Shown: positions 1-10,251 of the stretch, piece by piece | How the letters are laid out: every line of letters starts with the position of its first letter | How positions within the stretch are numbered: position 1 is the stretch's first letter | Origin: a virus | Taxonomy: Duplodnaviria > Caudoviricetes | Virus record (IMG/VR): IMGVR_UViG_3300036832_001810 | Location: 1 to 63,568 of that record | Reading direction: 5' to 3' (one strand) | DNA length: 63,568 bases | Made by a program: the position numbers and the translations under genes | Notes under the pieces: generated by a model | The model's database searches: none | The model's input: the letters and a program-made list of their open reading frames with translations, nothing else | Told to the model about the DNA's origin: nothing

Positions 1-448
1 CCCGCGTCTGTTGGCGCCGCCGCAGCCGTGCCTCGGCCCGGCGCCGCGTGAACGCGTCCTCGCGCCCCGCCGTCACACGCAGGCGCAGCGCGCACGCGGG
101 CAGGCGTCCGAAGGAGCCGCCCGCCTGGGGGCCGCCCTTGCGCGGCCCGCGTATTGCGTTGACCAGATCGCGCACCGTGCTACCCGGTCCCGCCGCCTTC
201 AGTGCCGCCTTCACCTTCGCCGCCTCGACTGCCGCCCTGGGCGGCCGCCCGGCCGCGCCCCTGGCCACCTCCTCCGGGCTCTTGCCCTGGTTGAGTTCGC
301 GCTTCCAGCGTTTCATGGCGCCTACCCCCAAACCGGCCCAGCAGGCGCAGGCCTGGAAGAGGGCCGGGGTGGGGTTCGGGGTTGCGGCCAGCTTCCGGGC
401 TGACTCCAGGCGCCTGGCGTAAGTTTCGCTGTCGTGGCGATTCGGCAT
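1..448 (-). CDS. Hypothetical protein, runs off the left edge (MPNRHDSETYARRLESARKLAA...)
   Basis: Own translation: ATG at 448, open to position 1, preceded by an AT-rich intergenic region. Confidence 0.5.
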   Translation of the reverse strand, partial: MPNRHDSETYARRLESARKLAATPNPTPALFQACACWAGLGVGAMKRWKRELNQGKSPEEVARGAAGRPPRAAVEAAKVKAALKAAGPGSTVRDLVNAIRGPRKGGPQAGGSFGRLPACALRLRVTAGREDAFTRRRAEARLRRRQQTR

Positions 449-692
449 ATCAACCTGACTCTGTGCATGAATTGCAAGTTACGGGAGTATTGCAAAATCT
501 TTTGTAGGTAAATTACGCAAAATACGAGTTTTATTCGTCATTTTCCCGAGAAGTCGCTGCGCTATCCTTCCGTTGGACCTTGTCCCTCAATCACTTGGGC
601 GCCTCGGAAATGGCTTAGCTCGTTCGAGTCAGGCGGTTTTCTTAGGGCGATTCCCGCGTGCGGAAAGGCCCAGAAAGAGAAGGAAATCGCGC

Positions 693-1235
693 ATGCCACT
701 TGCCATGATCAAGTTTCTCAGCCGCCCCGGAGAGCCCGGCTCGCCCGACAACACCCTGCCCGGCGTGGAATTGCCGGTGGACCCCGGCTACGGGGTGCCG
801 GAAGGCGGAATCCCGATGCCTCCGATCCACATCCCGCCGTTGCCCGGAATCTGGCCGCCGGCCGGTATCGTGAGTCCCCCGATTCACTATCCGCCGGTAG
901 CCGTCTCGCCGCCGATCTTTATTCCCGATCCGCCCCCGGAAGTCGGCGGCGGCCCGGTCCAGCCTCCTCCCACCGTCGGCGGTGGTCCTGCCCAGCCTCC
1001 CGGTTTGCATCCTGGCGGCGGTCCCATGCCGGGACGCCCTCCGCATGTCGGCGGCGGGCCACTGCCGCCGGTCGGCGTCTATCCGCCGCTCCCGCCTTCG
1101 GCCGGCATCGAGGGCAAGGTGGCGATCCTGGTCTGGGTGATTGGCGTCGGCTATCGCTGGTTTGTGGTGGACACCGGCCTGTCGGCGGGGACGCCGCTGC
1201 CGCCCGTGCCGCCCACCGCGCAGCCTAAGAAGTAG
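693..1235 (+). CDS. Proline-rich protein with a hydrophobic C-terminal segment
   Basis: AAGGA RBS before ATG 693; PDNTLP/PPI/GGGP repeats; VAILVWVIGVGYRWFVV segment. Confidence 0.7.
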   Translation: MPLAMIKFLSRPGEPGSPDNTLPGVELPVDPGYGVPEGGIPMPPIHIPPLPGIWPPAGIVSPPIHYPPVAVSPPIFIPDPPPEVGGGPVQPPPTVGGGPAQPPGLHPGGGPMPGRPPHVGGGPLPPVGVYPPLPPSAGIEGKVAILVWVIGVGYRWFVVDTGLSAGTPLPPVPPTAQPKK

Positions 1236-1244
1236 TCGTCTCAG

Positions 1245-1433
1245 TTAGAGGTTGCTTTGCACCGGCCGCACGCTCTCCCCATAAGGCGACGGGCACTGGG
1301 CGTGCTGCCGGTCGATGCGCGTGAAGAAATATTCGCCCGCCAGGGTCACCACGCGCAATAAGCCGCACTTCTCGCAGGTCTCGACCACTGCAATCGGGCT
1401 ATTGGCGGTGGGGGTCCAGTCGTGATTGGTCAT
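1245..1433 (-). CDS. Small Cys/His protein
   Basis: ATGA overlap with the upstream gene; HxW...CxxC. Confidence 0.55.
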   Translation of the reverse strand: MTNHDWTPTANSPIAVVETCEKCGLLRVVTLAGEYFFTRIDRQHAQCPSPYGESVRPVQSNL

Positions 1434-2167
1434 AGGTAGTTTCTCTCGTCGTCTTCCTCTTCCTCGGGGTCCTCGGTGTAGTCTTCTTCTTCTTCTTCTT
1501 CTTCTTCCGGGTCCTCGTCGTCTTCCTCGGGTTCGTCCTCGTCGTCATCCGGTCCCTCGCCGATGCCATAGCCGCCCGCCCCGTATGCGTCGTAATTGGT
1601 GGCGTCGCCGCCGTAGGCGTCCATGATGAGGGCGGGCCTCCGCTGGCGCGCGGGCCGGTACGCCGGCAATAGTTCGTCGTCTTCGATGGGGTCGAAGGGC
1701 TTGTTGTGGAAGCGCGCATGGCAGCGGCGGCAGACTGCCTTCAGTTCCCAGAGAAATTCGTTGCCGAGGTGCTCGTAGGTGAGGTGGTGGGCCTGGCTCG
1801 CTTTGCGCCGGGCGCAGCCTTCGCATTTGTAGCGCGCGCGCTGCAGTACCAGCCGGCGCTTGGCCGCCCACTCGGGGCTTTGCATGTAGGCGTCATAGCG
1901 TGCGCGCCAGGCGGCGTCTTCGCGCGCGCGGATCATTTGGCGTCCGGCCGCCGCTTCGTTCCAGCGCGCCATATCGGCGGCATGCCTCTGGCGGCTGTCG
2001 GCCACCTGCCGGCACATGACGCAGGTGACGCTCGCGCCCGCGCGCGCCGGCTGGCCGGGAGTGAACTCGATGCGCTTGCCGCAGAGCAGCTTGGCCGGGT
2101 CGTCGGGATCGATGGCGTGAACTTTGCCCTTGCCGTACTGGTGATCGTGGGCCTGCCAGAGCATCAT
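1430..2167 (-). CDS. HNH endonuclease-like protein with acidic C-terminal tail
   Basis: RYKCEGC...HHLTYE...VCRRCH HNH/Zn pattern; D/E-rich last ~40 aa. Confidence 0.7.
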   Translation of the reverse strand: MMLWQAHDHQYGKGKVHAIDPDDPAKLLCGKRIEFTPGQPARAGASVTCVMCRQVADSRQRHAADMARWNEAAAGRQMIRAREDAAWRARYDAYMQSPEWAAKRRLVLQRARYKCEGCARRKASQAHHLTYEHLGNEFLWELKAVCRRCHARFHNKPFDPIEDDELLPAYRPARQRRPALIMDAYGGDATNYDAYGAGGYGIGEGPDDDEDEPEEDDEDPEEEEEEEEDYTEDPEEEEDDERNYL

Positions 2168-2850
2168 GCTGCCCGCCTTTTGTACCTGCGCCGGTTGGGG
2201 CTCTGTCCCCAGTGGCCGAAGCGCAGGCCCTCTTCCGGGTACTCGCCTAGCTCGCTGAAGGGGACCTCGGGCGCGATCCGCCGGACCAGGTGCTCGGCAT
2301 AGTCCTGGGCGGCCAGCGCCAGGCGGCCCTGGCGTTCGGTCTCCCGGTTGGCGAGCAGCATGCGCGTTTCGCGCGCGCTCAGCATCAGGTCGGGGTTGCC
2401 GGCGCGCGCCAGGGCGCGTTCCTTGGCCAGGCGCTGCTCATGGGTGGCGCGCGTCACCAGCCCCAGCTCGTAGGCTTCGCGTGCCCGCTGGGCGCGCCAT
2501 TCGGCCCGGCGCCGCTGATATTCCTCTTCTTCACGGGCGAGGCGCGCGCGCTCTTCTTCCCGGCGGGCCTCGCGGGCCAGGCGCTCGCGCTCGCGCTGCG
2601 CCTGCTTGGAGTTTTCGACTCGCTTCCGGTATTCCTCATACTCGCGCCGCTCGCGCTCGCGCCGCGCCTGCTTGGAGCTTTCGACCCGCTTCCGGTATTC
2701 CTCATACTCGCGCCGGGCGCGCTCGCGCGCCGGCTGCACGCGCTCCAGGTAGCCGGCCCAGGCGTCGGCTTCGAGGCGCTGGCCTTCCTCGGTGAGCCGC
2801 CGCGCCTCTGCCAGGCGCTCTTCGACCCGGTCGCTTTCTTCGCGGGTCAC
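2164..2850 (-). CDS. Coiled-coil hypothetical protein
   Basis: R/E-rich ORF in an overlapping gene chain. Confidence 0.6.
   Translation of the reverse strand: MTREESDRVEERLAEARRLTEEGQRLEADAWAGYLERVQPARERARREYEEYRKRVESSKQARRERERREYEEYRKRVENSKQAQRERERLAREARREEERARLAREEEEYQRRRAEWRAQRAREAYELGLVTRATHEQRLAKERALARAGNPDLMLSARETRMLLANRETERQGRLALAAQDYAEHLVRRIAPEVPFSELGEYPEEGLRFGHWGQSPNRRRYKRRAA
2583..2714. repeat. Two near-identical 66-bp tandem units (REYEEYRKRVExSKQAxRERER)
   Basis: Direct comparison of 2583-2648 with 2649-2714. Confidence 0.85.
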
Positions 2851-3242
2851 GCCGGCTTTTTGTTGACTTCCCTCTCGTCAACAACCTCCTGGCGCCCGTC
2901 GTGCAGGCCCTGGTAGTAGAGCACCACGCTGAAGATCTCGCTCATCACGATCTGCACCTGGAGGGTGTGGTTGTCGTGAATCGCGCGCGCCACGGCGTCC
3001 TCTTTGGCCTCGGGGTGCGCCTTCAGGTACTCCTGGTAGCGCCGTTCGGCGTTGACCAGGGCGCTCTCGGTGTAGACGTTCAGTTCCTCGGTCAAGGCGT
3101 CCAGCTCGGCCGGGCTCCAGTTGCAGAGCAGCGGGAACAGGTCTTCGACCGAGCCTGCCTCGAAGCATTGCGCCAGGCGCGGGCCGACCGGGGCCTTCTC
3201 GTAATTGCTCGCGGGCGGCGGCGGTAGAAAAGTCTCTTCCAT
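2847..3242 (-). CDS. Hypothetical protein
   Basis: GGAGG RBS; stop overlaps the next start. Confidence 0.6.
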   Translation of the reverse strand: MEETFLPPPPASNYEKAPVGPRLAQCFEAGSVEDLFPLLCNWSPAELDALTEELNVYTESALVNAERRYQEYLKAHPEAKEDAVARAIHDNHTLQVQIVMSEIFSVVLYYQGLHDGRQEVVDEREVNKKPA

Positions 3243-3243
3243 C

Positions 3244-3513
3244 TCAATCCTCCTCCTCGGGGATGCGCCACATGAAAACGGGTGTACCCTCGCCCACCCA
3301 GGCGCCCTCGGTGTTGAATTCGAAATATTCGCGGGCGGTGTCCTCGTCCATGCCCTGCGCCATCAGAATCTCAATGCACTTCTCGGCGTCGTAGACCACG
3401 TAGTCGCCGCGCCCCGGTGTGTAGGCGTGGCCGATGATCGCGTCGTCGAAGCCGTCGGCGACGAGTACCTCGCCCTCGAAGTGCTCGTCGAGCCAGTCTC
3501 TGGCTTTACTCAT
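3244..3513 (-). CDS. Conserved small phage protein
   Basis: ADGFDDAIIG...VVYD...EYFEFN..GAWVGE.TP motif, recalled as common in phages. Confidence 0.75.
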   Translation of the reverse strand: MSKARDWLDEHFEGEVLVADGFDDAIIGHAYTPGRGDYVVYDAEKCIEILMAQGMDEDTAREYFEFNTEGAWVGEGTPVFMWRIPEEED

Positions 3514-3791
3514 GCGGCCTCGCTGTTGTGCAGGATCAACTGGTATTCGAACAGGCCGCGCTCGGGAGCCCCCACGCGGCGGCGGTTGACGGTGTGGCTG
3601 CCGAAGCGCGCTTTGCGGAAGTCGCGCAGCCGCGCCGAGATGCTTTGCGGCGGGTCGCCGGTCAGGCTGGCGATCTCGAACAGGGTGCGCCAGGCCCCGT
3701 CTTTCATCACCTTCCGTACCCGGTCCAGTTGCGCACGCAGCCGGTCGTGATCGAGGTCGGCTTCGTAGGTAGCTCCGCTGAAGTGCGTCAT
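3510..3791 (-). CDS. Small winged-HTH-like phage protein
   Basis: ATG 3791 (ATGA overlap); WRTLFEIA...SISARLRDFRK. Confidence 0.65.
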   Translation of the reverse strand: MTHFSGATYEADLDHDRLRAQLDRVRKVMKDGAWRTLFEIASLTGDPPQSISARLRDFRKARFGSHTVNRRRVGAPERGLFEYQLILHNSEAA

Positions 3792-4613
3792 GGCCGGAAG
3801 TCCTGTTGGTTGCCGTCGCGGTAGTAGTCGGGCGGCGGCCCCACGGCCGCGCACTGGCGCAGGGTCTGATCGACCACCTGTTTGACTCTGCGCTCGGGCT
3901 CGGGCGCGTGCCAGTCGAGCAGTTGGGCGATCTTGTCGAAGCCCTCGGCCTTGAGCTTCTGCCGGCGCGCGTGTTCGAAGAGGGTGAGCGAGGAGGCTTT
4001 CATATGGTTTCCTCTCCGGCGGCCTCAAACATCTGGATCAGCGGCGCCGCCCAGATCAGGTATCCGTGAAGGTCGATCAAGCTCTCGCACCAGACGTACT
4101 CGATGGCGCTATTCAGCGTCAGCACGCAGATGAAACGGTATCCGTCTTCGCGCTCGTTCGGCCCGTAAATTTCGATGCCGTTTATGTCGGTGTCCCCAAA
4201 GGACAGGCACATTCCGCGAACAAACCCGTAGTCGTGCAGGTCGTCGGCATCTTTGTCGTCATTGGGAGCGACCGGGCTCTTGATCGATATGAGTTTCCCG
4301 TGAGAGAAGGCCAGGTCGTTCATGGCGCCACCTCCTCGGCCACCGGCAGCCGGAAGATCTCGACCGTCCAGGCGGTGAGCGGCCGGTTGGGTTCGCCGTC
4401 GTGGCGCCGGCCGAACTCCTGGCGGTAGCAGGCGAAGGCGGCTTCGACGGTAGGGAAGCGCAGCGCGCGCGCCTCGTCGGGGGTGGTGACCAACAGGCCC
4501 CCGTCGTAGCCTTCGGGGTGGATGTAGGTCGGGTCGTAGAGTTCCACATACTGGCCGTCGAATTCGGTCGGCTCGCCAGTGCGGGTTTCGATCAGGCGGA
4601 TTACATAACTCAT
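3788..4613 (-). other. Three small coupled ORFs (3788-4003, 4000-4323, 4320-4613)
   Basis: Chain of ATGA stop/start overlaps with RBSs. Confidence 0.6.
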
Positions 4614-4614
4614 G

Positions 4615-7125
4615 TCAGTCCTCGTCGTCTTTGTACTGTTGGGGTGGGGAGATGCGCAGGTCGTTGGGCGTGATCCCGTAGACCCGTGGGGGTTTGCCGG
4701 CGTGGTGATTGCGCGGCCTTTCGATACGGAACAGGTGGGGTCGGAGGCTCAGGCGCTTCGACATCCAATTGGGCGGCATGGGCCGCTGCTCCTGTTTCTT
4801 GCACCAGGCCCCGTAAGCCGTCATCAGCTCGGGGAGAGCGCAACTGAAAGCCTGGAATGGGCCAAGCGTGCAGCAGTCGTGAAAGAAATCGTCGAGGCCG
4901 TCGGCGGCGATATCTTCTTGGCGCAGCGTTTGTACGTTGCGCTCTACGTCGAGCGGTCGCATCAATCCCTCCTTTTCGCGGCGCAGCGCGCCCTCGATGA
5001 ACCAGGTCGTAATCTGGTCGCCTTCAGCGGCGCACAGCTCCTCGGCCAGGCGCTTGTTCATGCGCTCGGTGGAGATTTGCACCGCAAAGTGGATGGGGTG
5101 CAGGCGCCGCAGGAAGGCGTCGTCCTCGGTGTCGATGCGCGGTACTTCGTTGGTTTCGAGAAAGATCTTGGCGGTGGGCGTGAAGGTGATCGAGTCGCGG
5201 AATTTCAGATTGGCCGAGACCGTGCCCACGCCCTGGGTGAGGATCTTGAGTAGGGCCTCGTCGAACTTCTGGCCGGCCGGCGGCTCGCTCGAAATTACCA
5301 GGCGCGCGCCGCGCGTGGTGGCCAGCTCCATGCGCCGGTTGCTGTCGCCGACCGTGCGGGCGTTGGTCAATACGTTGGCGCTGATGCGCTGGGCGCAGGT
5401 GCCGAGGATGGTTTCGAGGATGGCGAGCACGGTGGATTTGCCGTTGTTGCCGGTCTTGCCGTAGAGGCAGAAGAAGACTTTCTCCGACACGTCGCCGGTC
5501 ATGGCATAGCCAAAGACCTTCTGCAGGTAGTCGATCATGCGCTCAGCCTTTTCGATGGCCTCTTGCCCGGCGTCGGGGCCGCCGCCCATCAGCTCGTCGA
5601 GCGTTTCCAGAAAGCGCCGGGGCGGGCCGAGCGCGGGGTCGTAGCGGTGCGGGACGATGCGCGTGAAGTAGTCTTCGCGCTTGGACGGGCGCAGTTGTCC
5701 GGTGTTGAGGTCGAACGTGCCGTTCAACAGCGGGATCAGGCGCGGATGGTTGTCGAGCGCCTCGACCGGGATCGCCGCCATGCGCCGCGCGGCTTTGATC
5801 ATATTCTCCAGGCCGGCCATGTTGCGGGTCTTGTGCCCGTGTTTCCAGAGGCCCTCGTCGTTTTTGGCGGTCGCCTGGTTCTGGGTCAGTTGCATGGCGT
5901 CGCGCGCGTAGCGGTAGACCGTGCAGTCGTCGGTGTCGGGCACCCAGTACGCGTCGTTCCAGGCGAGCCAGCCGAGCGCGGCGCAATAGCGCAGGTTCCC
6001 CTTGGCGAACGCGAGCAGGCGCTGGCCGTTGCCGGTGTCGTTGCGCTCGAAGCGCGTCAGGTCGGACTCGTCGGTGTCGCTCGTGGCGGGCGGCGCCGCT
6101 GGCGGCCGGCCGTTGATCTCTCTCCCGTTGACGGGCGCTTTGCTGCGCGCGGTGGCGTCATGCGGATCGCCGAGCGGGCTGTCTTTGGCGATGGCCAGGA
6201 ACTCCTCGAAGCTGTGACCCAGCTCATCCCAGTCCCAGAGGTCGCCTGACTCGGGCAGGCCGGGGAGCGTGACCACGCGCGCGGGCACGCCGGCCGCCAC
6301 CAGGGCGCCCGCGTTCTTCTTCCCGCAGCCCGCGCCCACGGCGTCGTTGTCGCAAGCCACGTAGACCACTTCCGCGCCCTGGAAGCGCTCTGCGTATTGG
6401 TTATTCCAGCTCTTCTCGCCGTTCGGCAGGCAGGTGACCGCCACCGGCCAGCCGCTTTGTTTGACGCGGTCGCGCGCCTTCTCGCCGTTGGCCAGGATGA
6501 TCACGCCGTGCGCCTGGGCGGCGGCGACAACCTCGGGCTCGTGGTAGAGCGCGGTCAGCTTGTCCTTGCTGAGGTGGCGCGCCCAGCCTTTATTGGGGCC
6601 GGGTTCAAACCAGAGCATCTGTTTGTCGCCTGGTTTGTCGAGGTTATCGAAGCGCACCTTGATACGCTCGCCATAGACGTAGAGCGCGCGCGGCTGCCAG
6701 TTGCCGCCGCCGGTCTTCTTGGCCAGCCAGGCGTGGCCCTCTTCGATGTTTTTGGCGAGCAGGCGCAGCCGCCAGGCTTCGTTCGTGATTTCGGTGGGCG
6801 GCTTAAAGGGCAGCTTCCAGGGCGAATCGACGGCGCGGCCGATCACGTCGTAGATGTACTGCCAGGCCTCCTCGCCCTGCAGGTTGTAGCGCTGTTCCAC
6901 CCACTGGTACATGCCCCAGCCCTTGCCGCCGCAGCGGGTGTGGCAGCAGGCTACACCCTCGCGGTTGTTGATCGAAAGCGCGCGCGGGTTTTTGCCGTCG
7001 TGCATCACGCAGCGCGATTCCATCTGGTCGCCGCCGATAGCGCGCGCGTCGGGGCACTCGTGCTTGAAGAAGCGCTCGCTTTCGGCGATGGTCGGCTGGA
7101 AATTGCCCGGCGAGAAGGCGCTCAT
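4615..7125 (-). CDS. DNA primase-helicase (Zn finger + TOPRIM + D5/P4-type SF3 helicase)
   Basis: CxxH..CxxxC N-terminus; NGEKA and DND TOPRIM motifs; NDTGNGQR D5_N; GKTGNNGKS Walker A; P4-primase-like C-terminus. Confidence 0.9.
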   Translation of the reverse strand: MSAFSPGNFQPTIAESERFFKHECPDARAIGGDQMESRCVMHDGKNPRALSINNREGVACCHTRCGGKGWGMYQWVEQRYNLQGEEAWQYIYDVIGRAVDSPWKLPFKPPTEITNEAWRLRLLAKNIEEGHAWLAKKTGGGNWQPRALYVYGERIKVRFDNLDKPGDKQMLWFEPGPNKGWARHLSKDKLTALYHEPEVVAAAQAHGVIILANGEKARDRVKQSGWPVAVTCLPNGEKSWNNQYAERFQGAEVVYVACDNDAVGAGCGKKNAGALVAAGVPARVVTLPGLPESGDLWDWDELGHSFEEFLAIAKDSPLGDPHDATARSKAPVNGREINGRPPAAPPATSDTDESDLTRFERNDTGNGQRLLAFAKGNLRYCAALGWLAWNDAYWVPDTDDCTVYRYARDAMQLTQNQATAKNDEGLWKHGHKTRNMAGLENMIKAARRMAAIPVEALDNHPRLIPLLNGTFDLNTGQLRPSKREDYFTRIVPHRYDPALGPPRRFLETLDELMGGGPDAGQEAIEKAERMIDYLQKVFGYAMTGDVSEKVFFCLYGKTGNNGKSTVLAILETILGTCAQRISANVLTNARTVGDSNRRMELATTRGARLVISSEPPAGQKFDEALLKILTQGVGTVSANLKFRDSITFTPTAKIFLETNEVPRIDTEDDAFLRRLHPIHFAVQISTERMNKRLAEELCAAEGDQITTWFIEGALRREKEGLMRPLDVERNVQTLRQEDIAADGLDDFFHDCCTLGPFQAFSCALPELMTAYGAWCKKQEQRPMPPNWMSKRLSLRPHLFRIERPRNHHAGKPPRVYGITPNDLRISPPQQYKDDED

Positions 7126-7135
7126 GGCCGGCCCC

Positions 7136-7888
7136 TCAGACGTTCATGTCCTGCTGGTTTTCGCTGCCGGGCATGTAGTCGTCGGTTTCGATGTCGAGCG
7201 GCTTGAGCAGGTTGGCCATATGCTGGGCGAAGGGCTCCATCAGCTTCTTCTCCTCGTCCTTGAGGCGCGGGCCGCTACTGAAGACGATGCGCGCGTAATT
7301 GATGCCCTCGTTGTTCTGCGCGCGCTCCAGGCTCAGGTTGGTGACGATGCCCCAGTGCGGCGTGCGCTGACTGAGCAGGCGCATGAAATACTGGCGCGCG
7401 TTTTTGAGCGAGGTGGGCGGGACGTTGACCAGGTTGGGCACGATCTCGCCCTCGCGCAGAAACAGGATCTGGCGAATTTGTTTACAGGCCTGGCCGCGCC
7501 CGCCCTTGGGGTCCGAGCCGAATTGCGAGAGCGGGCACTGCTCGCAATCGCCGCCGGGATCGCCGTGTCCCCAAAAGCCGTCCACGCTCCTGCAGTCGGG
7601 CACCTTGTTGCCGCCGCCCTCGCCGAAGGCGGCCTTATGGTAGAGGCGCGCGTCGCGCCAGGCCACCATGAAGCCGGTGACGGATTTGACGCTGGTCGAG
7701 CCATCGAGCGTGGCCAGCTCGAAGGAAAGGGCGCCGCCAGTCGGCACCTGCAGGCGGTCGAGCTGGGTGACCTCGATGCCGCGCGGTCCCATGTTGGTGG
7801 CGCTCAGCTTCAAAATTTCGTCGTGCATGGCGGCGCTGATGATGGGGAAGCGCTCGGTCAGCGTCATGACTTCGGTGTTCTTTTCCAT
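7136..7888 (-). CDS. Putative ssDNA-binding/replication accessory protein
   Basis: PDCRS.DG...C..CP..QFGS...G.GQACK motif; lies between helicase and primase; acidic end. Confidence 0.55.
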   Translation of the reverse strand: MEKNTEVMTLTERFPIISAAMHDEILKLSATNMGPRGIEVTQLDRLQVPTGGALSFELATLDGSTSVKSVTGFMVAWRDARLYHKAAFGEGGGNKVPDCRSVDGFWGHGDPGGDCEQCPLSQFGSDPKGGRGQACKQIRQILFLREGEIVPNLVNVPPTSLKNARQYFMRLLSQRTPHWGIVTNLSLERAQNNEGINYARIVFSSGPRLKDEEKKLMEPFAQHMANLLKPLDIETDDYMPGSENQQDMNV

Positions 7889-7951
7889 TGGGGACGTGCT
7901 CCTTTACGCCGTGCTCTTATGGCGCGGCGGTGGTTTGGGGTGGTTGCGGTT

Positions 7952-8449
7952 TTACGAGGCCGTTTTGCGGCCTTGCAGTTTCCAGTCGGGCTCTACGTTG
8001 AGGACCTGGGCGACGTTGGGAGGCAGGAAATCGGCGACCGTTTTGCCTTCGTTGATGATCTCCTCGGCGTGCTCGTCCTCGATATTTCGGACCCAGGCTG
8101 AGAGGGTGTGGGCGTTGTAGTTGGGCTCGACGAAGTGGCCGAGGCCGGCGGCTTGGAGGGCTTGGCAGACGCGCGCCCGGTCGCCCGCGATTTTGGGGCG
8201 CGCCCATAATTCGCGGCGCAGAAAGATGCTCACCCCCTCAATCGAGATGGAGCGGATGTTGTGGCTTTCGAAGTACTGCATCAGGCGCGGGGTGAGGCGC
8301 TCGACTTCGACCTCCATGGCCTTGAGGCGCTGGTTGAGCTGGCGGCGCTCGTCGATCAGCTCGGCGAAGCGCGCGAAGTCGCGGAAGGCGCTGGTATTGG
8401 GGTCGCTCAGGACCAGGTCGGGTTCGGGGATGGCGGTGGTATCGGACAT
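7952..8449 (-). CDS. Replication-cluster coiled-coil protein
   Basis: Helical ORF between helicase and putative SSB. Confidence 0.65.
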   Translation of the reverse strand: MSDTTAIPEPDLVLSDPNTSAFRDFARFAELIDERRQLNQRLKAMEVEVERLTPRLMQYFESHNIRSISIEGVSIFLRRELWARPKIAGDRARVCQALQAAGLGHFVEPNYNAHTLSAWVRNIEDEHAEEIINEGKTVADFLPPNVAQVLNVEPDWKLQGRKTAS

Positions 8450-9864
8450 CGTTTTAGTTGCCTCATCACGGTCTCGACCAGATCCCAGCGCCGCTCGATG
8501 GCGCGCAGCACGATCTCGTCGATAGTGTGTTTCACGAGCAGGTGATAGTAGACGACCGGGCGCGACTGGCCCGGCCGGTGGATGCGCTTGCGGGATTGCA
8601 GATAATTGCCCAGGCGGAAGCCGGTCGAGTAGTAGCAGGCGTAGCGCGCTTGGGTGAAGTCCTGGCCCTCGCCGGCCGCCTGGATCTGGGCGATCAGGAC
8701 GGCGCCTTTACTGGCCTTCCATTCGGCCACCTGGTGGATGCGTCCGCTGCATTCGAAGTAGGGGCGCTCCAGTTTTTCGCAGACGCGGGCGATCACGTCG
8801 AGGTCGGCGTGAAAGAGCGCGAAGACGACCACCGATTCGGCGGGGTTCACGTCTTCGAGCCAGTCGGCGAGCAGCTCCTCTTTGGCCGTGTCGATCTGAT
8901 GCTCGTTGCCCTGGTCGTCTTTGAGCGTGCCGCCGGTCAATTGCTGCAGGCGCAGCAAAAGCACCATGGCGTTGGCCACGGTGATCTGATCCTCGGGGCC
9001 GTCGAGCCAGGTAATGAAGTCTTTTTCGAGGTCCTCGTAGATGCGCCGCGCCTTGGGCGAGAGTGTGCAGAAGAGCGGCTGGTCCATCTCCTCGGGCAGG
9101 TCGAGCACGTCCTTGGCTTCGACGCGGAAGGCGATGGAGTAGAACTTCTGCTTGAGGTCGTCGAGGTCGCGCCACTCTTTCACCACGCGGTTCTCGAAGC
9201 CGCCGAAGATGGCATAGCGGGTCTTGAAGCCGGTGTAGGTGGGGTCGTAGATCGAGCGGTCGAGGAAGCGGTACTGCGCCCAGATGTCGTGCGGCGAGTG
9301 CGGAAAGGGCGTGCCGCTCAGGCCCAGGCGCTTCTGCGCGCGCAGCGCGAGCTTGCCGAGGAAGCGCGAGGCCTTGCCGGAGGCCGATTTAATTCTGTGA
9401 ATTTCATCAGCGATGATCAGCCCCCACACGTTGGTGAGCGCGAACGAGGCGAAGGGCTCCAGCCAAACGGATTCAAAATTTATCGCGATCACCGCCGTGC
9501 GCCGCGCCTGGCGGGCCTGGGCCAGGGTGTCGCGCGCGATCAGGGCCTTTCTGTCGGTGCCGCGCACGCGGTCATCGAGACCGCAGAAGACGTAGTCGAA
9601 GCTCGCGTGCAGCTTGAGCTGCGCCTCCCAGACCTCGACCACGCGCAGCGGGCACAGGATCAGGATCGCCGTTGGCGAGAGCGCGCCGGCCAGGTCGAGC
9701 GCCACCTTGCTCTTGCCGGTGCCCATGTCCATGGCCAGCATGGCGCCTTGCAGGCCCGCGAGCCAGAGCTTCCAGACAAACCAGTAAGCCGCGAGCTGAT
9801 GGCTCCACGCCGGGCGTTTTTCGCGGGGGATGGCGGGATAGACTTCACCTATCAGCGTAGACAT
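8407..9864 (-). CDS. SNF2-family helicase
   Basis: MDMGTGKS, IIADEIH, LSGTP, QS..RIHRPGQ motifs. Confidence 0.92.
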   Translation of the reverse strand: MSTLIGEVYPAIPREKRPAWSHQLAAYWFVWKLWLAGLQGAMLAMDMGTGKSKVALDLAGALSPTAILILCPLRVVEVWEAQLKLHASFDYVFCGLDDRVRGTDRKALIARDTLAQARQARRTAVIAINFESVWLEPFASFALTNVWGLIIADEIHRIKSASGKASRFLGKLALRAQKRLGLSGTPFPHSPHDIWAQYRFLDRSIYDPTYTGFKTRYAIFGGFENRVVKEWRDLDDLKQKFYSIAFRVEAKDVLDLPEEMDQPLFCTLSPKARRIYEDLEKDFITWLDGPEDQITVANAMVLLLRLQQLTGGTLKDDQGNEHQIDTAKEELLADWLEDVNPAESVVVFALFHADLDVIARVCEKLERPYFECSGRIHQVAEWKASKGAVLIAQIQAAGEGQDFTQARYACYYSTGFRLGNYLQSRKRIHRPGQSRPVVYYHLLVKHTIDEIVLRAIERRWDLVETVMRQLKRCPIPPPSPNPTWS

Positions 9865-10019
9865 AACTCGCTTGCAGTCCGCGTCCGGCTTGCTTTCGCG
9901 ACCGCCGTACCGGGCCGATGATCATCGCATTTACAGCTACCAGAGAAGTTTCGATTTTCTGCCCGCTCGGGAAGGAAGTCAATAGTCAAGTTACAGGTCC
10001 GGCATATATAGCACAAACC

Positions 10020-10220
10020 CTTTATTTTCAATCCGTTGAATAACTCTTGCATTACTCATTTTTCGCTCATTTTGAGTAATTCGAGTAATATCAACTTTTT
10101 GAGTAATACTCTCAATTCTTGCAATTCGCTCACTCTTTGCAATTCTTGCAAATCTCGCATAACTAGTAATTCGAGCATTTACCAAACGGGGTAACTTGCG
10201 CGCGGCGGGTTTGTATAATC
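10020..10220. promoter_or_regulatory. AT-rich divergent control region with repeated GAGTAAT / TTGCAATTC boxes
   Basis: Lies between the leftward replication and rightward virion blocks; perfect TATAAT at 10214-10219. Confidence 0.65.
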
Positions 10221-10251
10221 GGACTACCGAATCGAGCCGGAGAAAGGTGCC

